Origin: an uncultured Candidatus Entotheonella sp.
GTDB lineage: Bacteria > Tectomicrobia > Entotheonellia > Entotheonellales > Entotheonellaceae
DNA: 64,000 nt
Assembly (NCBI GenBank): GCA_965215335.1
Contig: CBDCDA010000001.1
Span: 96,001-160,000 of the forward strand
Direction of reading: 5' to 3'
The notes under the pieces: model-generated
What the model saw: only the letters and a program-made list of their open reading frames with translations
Told to the model about the DNA's origin: nothing
Database searches by the model: none
Part shown: piece after piece, positions 62,251 through 64,000 of the stretch
Position numbering within the stretch: position 1 is the first letter of the stretch
Layout of the letters: each line of letters starts with the position of its first letter
Translations under genes and position numbers: made by a program

Positions 62251-63351
62251 ATGTTACGGCTTGCATACGTTGGCGGACTGGGGCTGATGGCGGGTCCGGC
62301 AGGCACGCATCTCAAACCGGAAGGGCCGGCCCATGTGCTGCGGGTACACGACCGCGGCGCGCCGGGCCAGCAAAAGGACGCCTTTCGGGAGGGTTGGCGG
62401 CAGCACGGGGCCGAGCTCGTTGGCACCTTCGGAGACCTGATCGGCGACGGCCAGCTCGACGGCGTGGTGGCGTGCTGCGGCAAGAATGGCGACGACCTGC
62501 AAGTGATTGCCAGCCTGGCCCGGCTGCTGCACGAACGTTGCGACGCGCCGCCCTTCATCCTGCACATGTCGACCGTCAGCGCCGGCTTTACGGTTGCGGC
62601 CGAGGCATTTTGCAAGGGGATGGGCGTTGGCTACGTCAACTACCCGCTCACCGGCGGCCCGCTGGGCGCGCAACTCGGCGGCGGGCATCCGAACGGCATG
62701 CTCATCCTGGCCAGCGGCGACCAGGAGATCTACAACCGTCTGGAACCGACGCTCGAAGTCCTGGGGCGGCCGCGCAATTACGGCGCCTCCGTCTCGGCCG
62801 GCGCCGCAACCAAGCTCATCGGACAGCACCTGGTGTTCAACGGCTGCACCGGCATCTGCACGGGCGCCGCGCTGTACGCGGAATGCTTCGCCGACGGCGT
62901 CATGGGCGGCGAGCAGCAGGGCGCCTACTTCGACTTTCTCAACGGCGGCGCCGGCGGCACCCGGCAATGGGACGTGGCCTTGAGCAAGGGCGTCAAGGAC
63001 GACGACTGGGGCACCGGCTTCAGCATCCGGCACGCCGTGGTCGACGCCATCTACGCGGCCAGGCTGGCGCAGGAGAAGGGCCTTTCACGGCTGTCCATCC
63101 AGCCGATGATCAACGTCACCCTGGCGTTTTCCTACATCCTGGCCCGCTACCCGGGGCGTTCCCTGGCCACGCACGCCATTGCCCGGGAGATGATCGCCAA
63201 GGGTGCCGGCGACCTGGATGCCTTCATGACAGTCCACGGCGCTTTCGCCCCGGACATTGACACCTGCCTCGCCAGTTGCATCGACTCGCTGCCGCCGTCG
63301 GTGCGGCAAACCGTACGGCTGGAGGTGGGGGTGGAGGACTTTACCGGCTAA
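62251..63351 (+). CDS. 3-hydroxyisobutyrate/6-phosphogluconate dehydrogenase-like oxidoreductase
   Basis: GGLGLMA, HMSTVS, PLTGGPLGA, GAATKL. Confidence 0.7.
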   Translation: MLRLAYVGGLGLMAGPAGTHLKPEGPAHVLRVHDRGAPGQQKDAFREGWRQHGAELVGTFGDLIGDGQLDGVVACCGKNGDDLQVIASLARLLHERCDAPPFILHMSTVSAGFTVAAEAFCKGMGVGYVNYPLTGGPLGAQLGGGHPNGMLILASGDQEIYNRLEPTLEVLGRPRNYGASVSAGAATKLIGQHLVFNGCTGICTGAALYAECFADGVMGGEQQGAYFDFLNGGAGGTRQWDVALSKGVKDDDWGTGFSIRHAVVDAIYAARLAQEKGLSRLSIQPMINVTLAFSYILARYPGRSLATHAIAREMIAKGAGDLDAFMTVHGAFAPDIDTCLASCIDSLPPSVRQTVRLEVGVEDFTG

Positions 63352-63377
63352 CAGAATAACCAAGGGAGCCAACAACC

Positions 63378-64000
63378 ATGAACGTCGGCATTTTCGTTTT
63401 CCAGACCAACACGTCGGTCGATTCGGCGGTGCTCGCCAGGCACGCCGAAGAGCTGGGCTTCGAGTCGTATTGGGTGCCCGAGCACGCCATCTTGCCGGTC
63501 CATACCACGTCGCGCTTTCCCGGCTCGCCCGACGGCGCCGTTCCCGACGCCTACGGCCGCATCGTCGATCCCTTCATTGCCCTGGCGCGCGCCTCCGCCG
63601 TCACGCAGACGATCAGGCTGGGCACCGGCATCTGCCTGGTCCCGGAGCACAACCCCCTGCATCTGGCCAAGGTCATCGCCTCGCTGGACCAGGCGTCCGG
63701 CGGGCGTTTCCTGTTCGGCATCGGGGCGGGCTGGCACAAGGAAGAAAGCGAGATGATGGGCGGCGATTTCGCGCATCGCTGGACCCAGACGCGCGACGCC
63801 GTTTTGGCCATGAAGGCGTTGTGGACCGAGGAGGAAGCGGAATACCACGGCGACTACTACGATTTCGTGCCGGTGCGCTCGGTGCCGAAACCGGTTCAAA
63901 AACCGCACCCGCCTGTCTTCCTGGGCGGCAAGGCGCAGAACGTCTTCAAGCGCGTGGTCGAATGGGGCGACGGCTGGATGCCGAACCGCACCTCGGCCGA
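63378..64000 (+). CDS. LLM-class (F420-dependent, Rv2161c-like) oxidoreductase, 3'-truncated by window edge
   Basis: AEELGFES.WVPEH, DPFIAL, LGTGICL, SGGRFLFGIGAGW, PKPVQKPHPP. Confidence 0.88.
   Translation, partial: MNVGIFVFQTNTSVDSAVLARHAEELGFESYWVPEHAILPVHTTSRFPGSPDGAVPDAYGRIVDPFIALARASAVTQTIRLGTGICLVPEHNPLHLAKVIASLDQASGGRFLFGIGAGWHKEESEMMGGDFAHRWTQTRDAVLAMKALWTEEEAEYHGDYYDFVPVRSVPKPVQKPHPPVFLGGKAQNVFKRVVEWGDGWMPNRTSA

Overview
GC-rich bacterial chromosomal window. The gene mix (LLM/F420 oxidoreductase, paired acyl-CoA dehydrogenases, amidohydrolase, several IS, three R-M loci) loosely recalls host-associated Tectomicrobia-like genomes, but that is only an impression. Core metabolic genes are nnr, otsB, nadQ-nadA-nadC, eno, tatC, hpaB, modABC, a sugar-type ABC transporter and msrA. 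Accessory DNA includes (i) a ClaI/BseCI-like C-R-M locus whose controller is split by an ISAzo13 element and whose nuclease is frameshifted; (ii) a small lower-GC island with an HtrC/YjaZ-family gene convergent with a ~165-nt structured RNA that has its own promoter and terminator, an unknown 216-aa gene bracketed by a 15-bp direct repeat, and resolvase/group II RT remnants; (iii) a Type III mod-res with a nonsense codon in res; (iv) IS5 and IS66 elements; (v) a third R-M-like locus with a fused M-S protein. Also present are a DsbA-like selenoprotein (in-frame UGA in UPHC plus a SECIS hairpin) that the ORF track splits in two, and a Tat-exported sulfur-redox cluster (c554-like cytochrome, NrfCD, tetraheme cytochrome, SoxYZ, Rieske, FccB) with no SoxAX/B/CD. 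The best candidate for an undescribed system is the HtrC + convergent ncRNA module. All family calls come from motif recognition and recalled sequences; no database searches were run.
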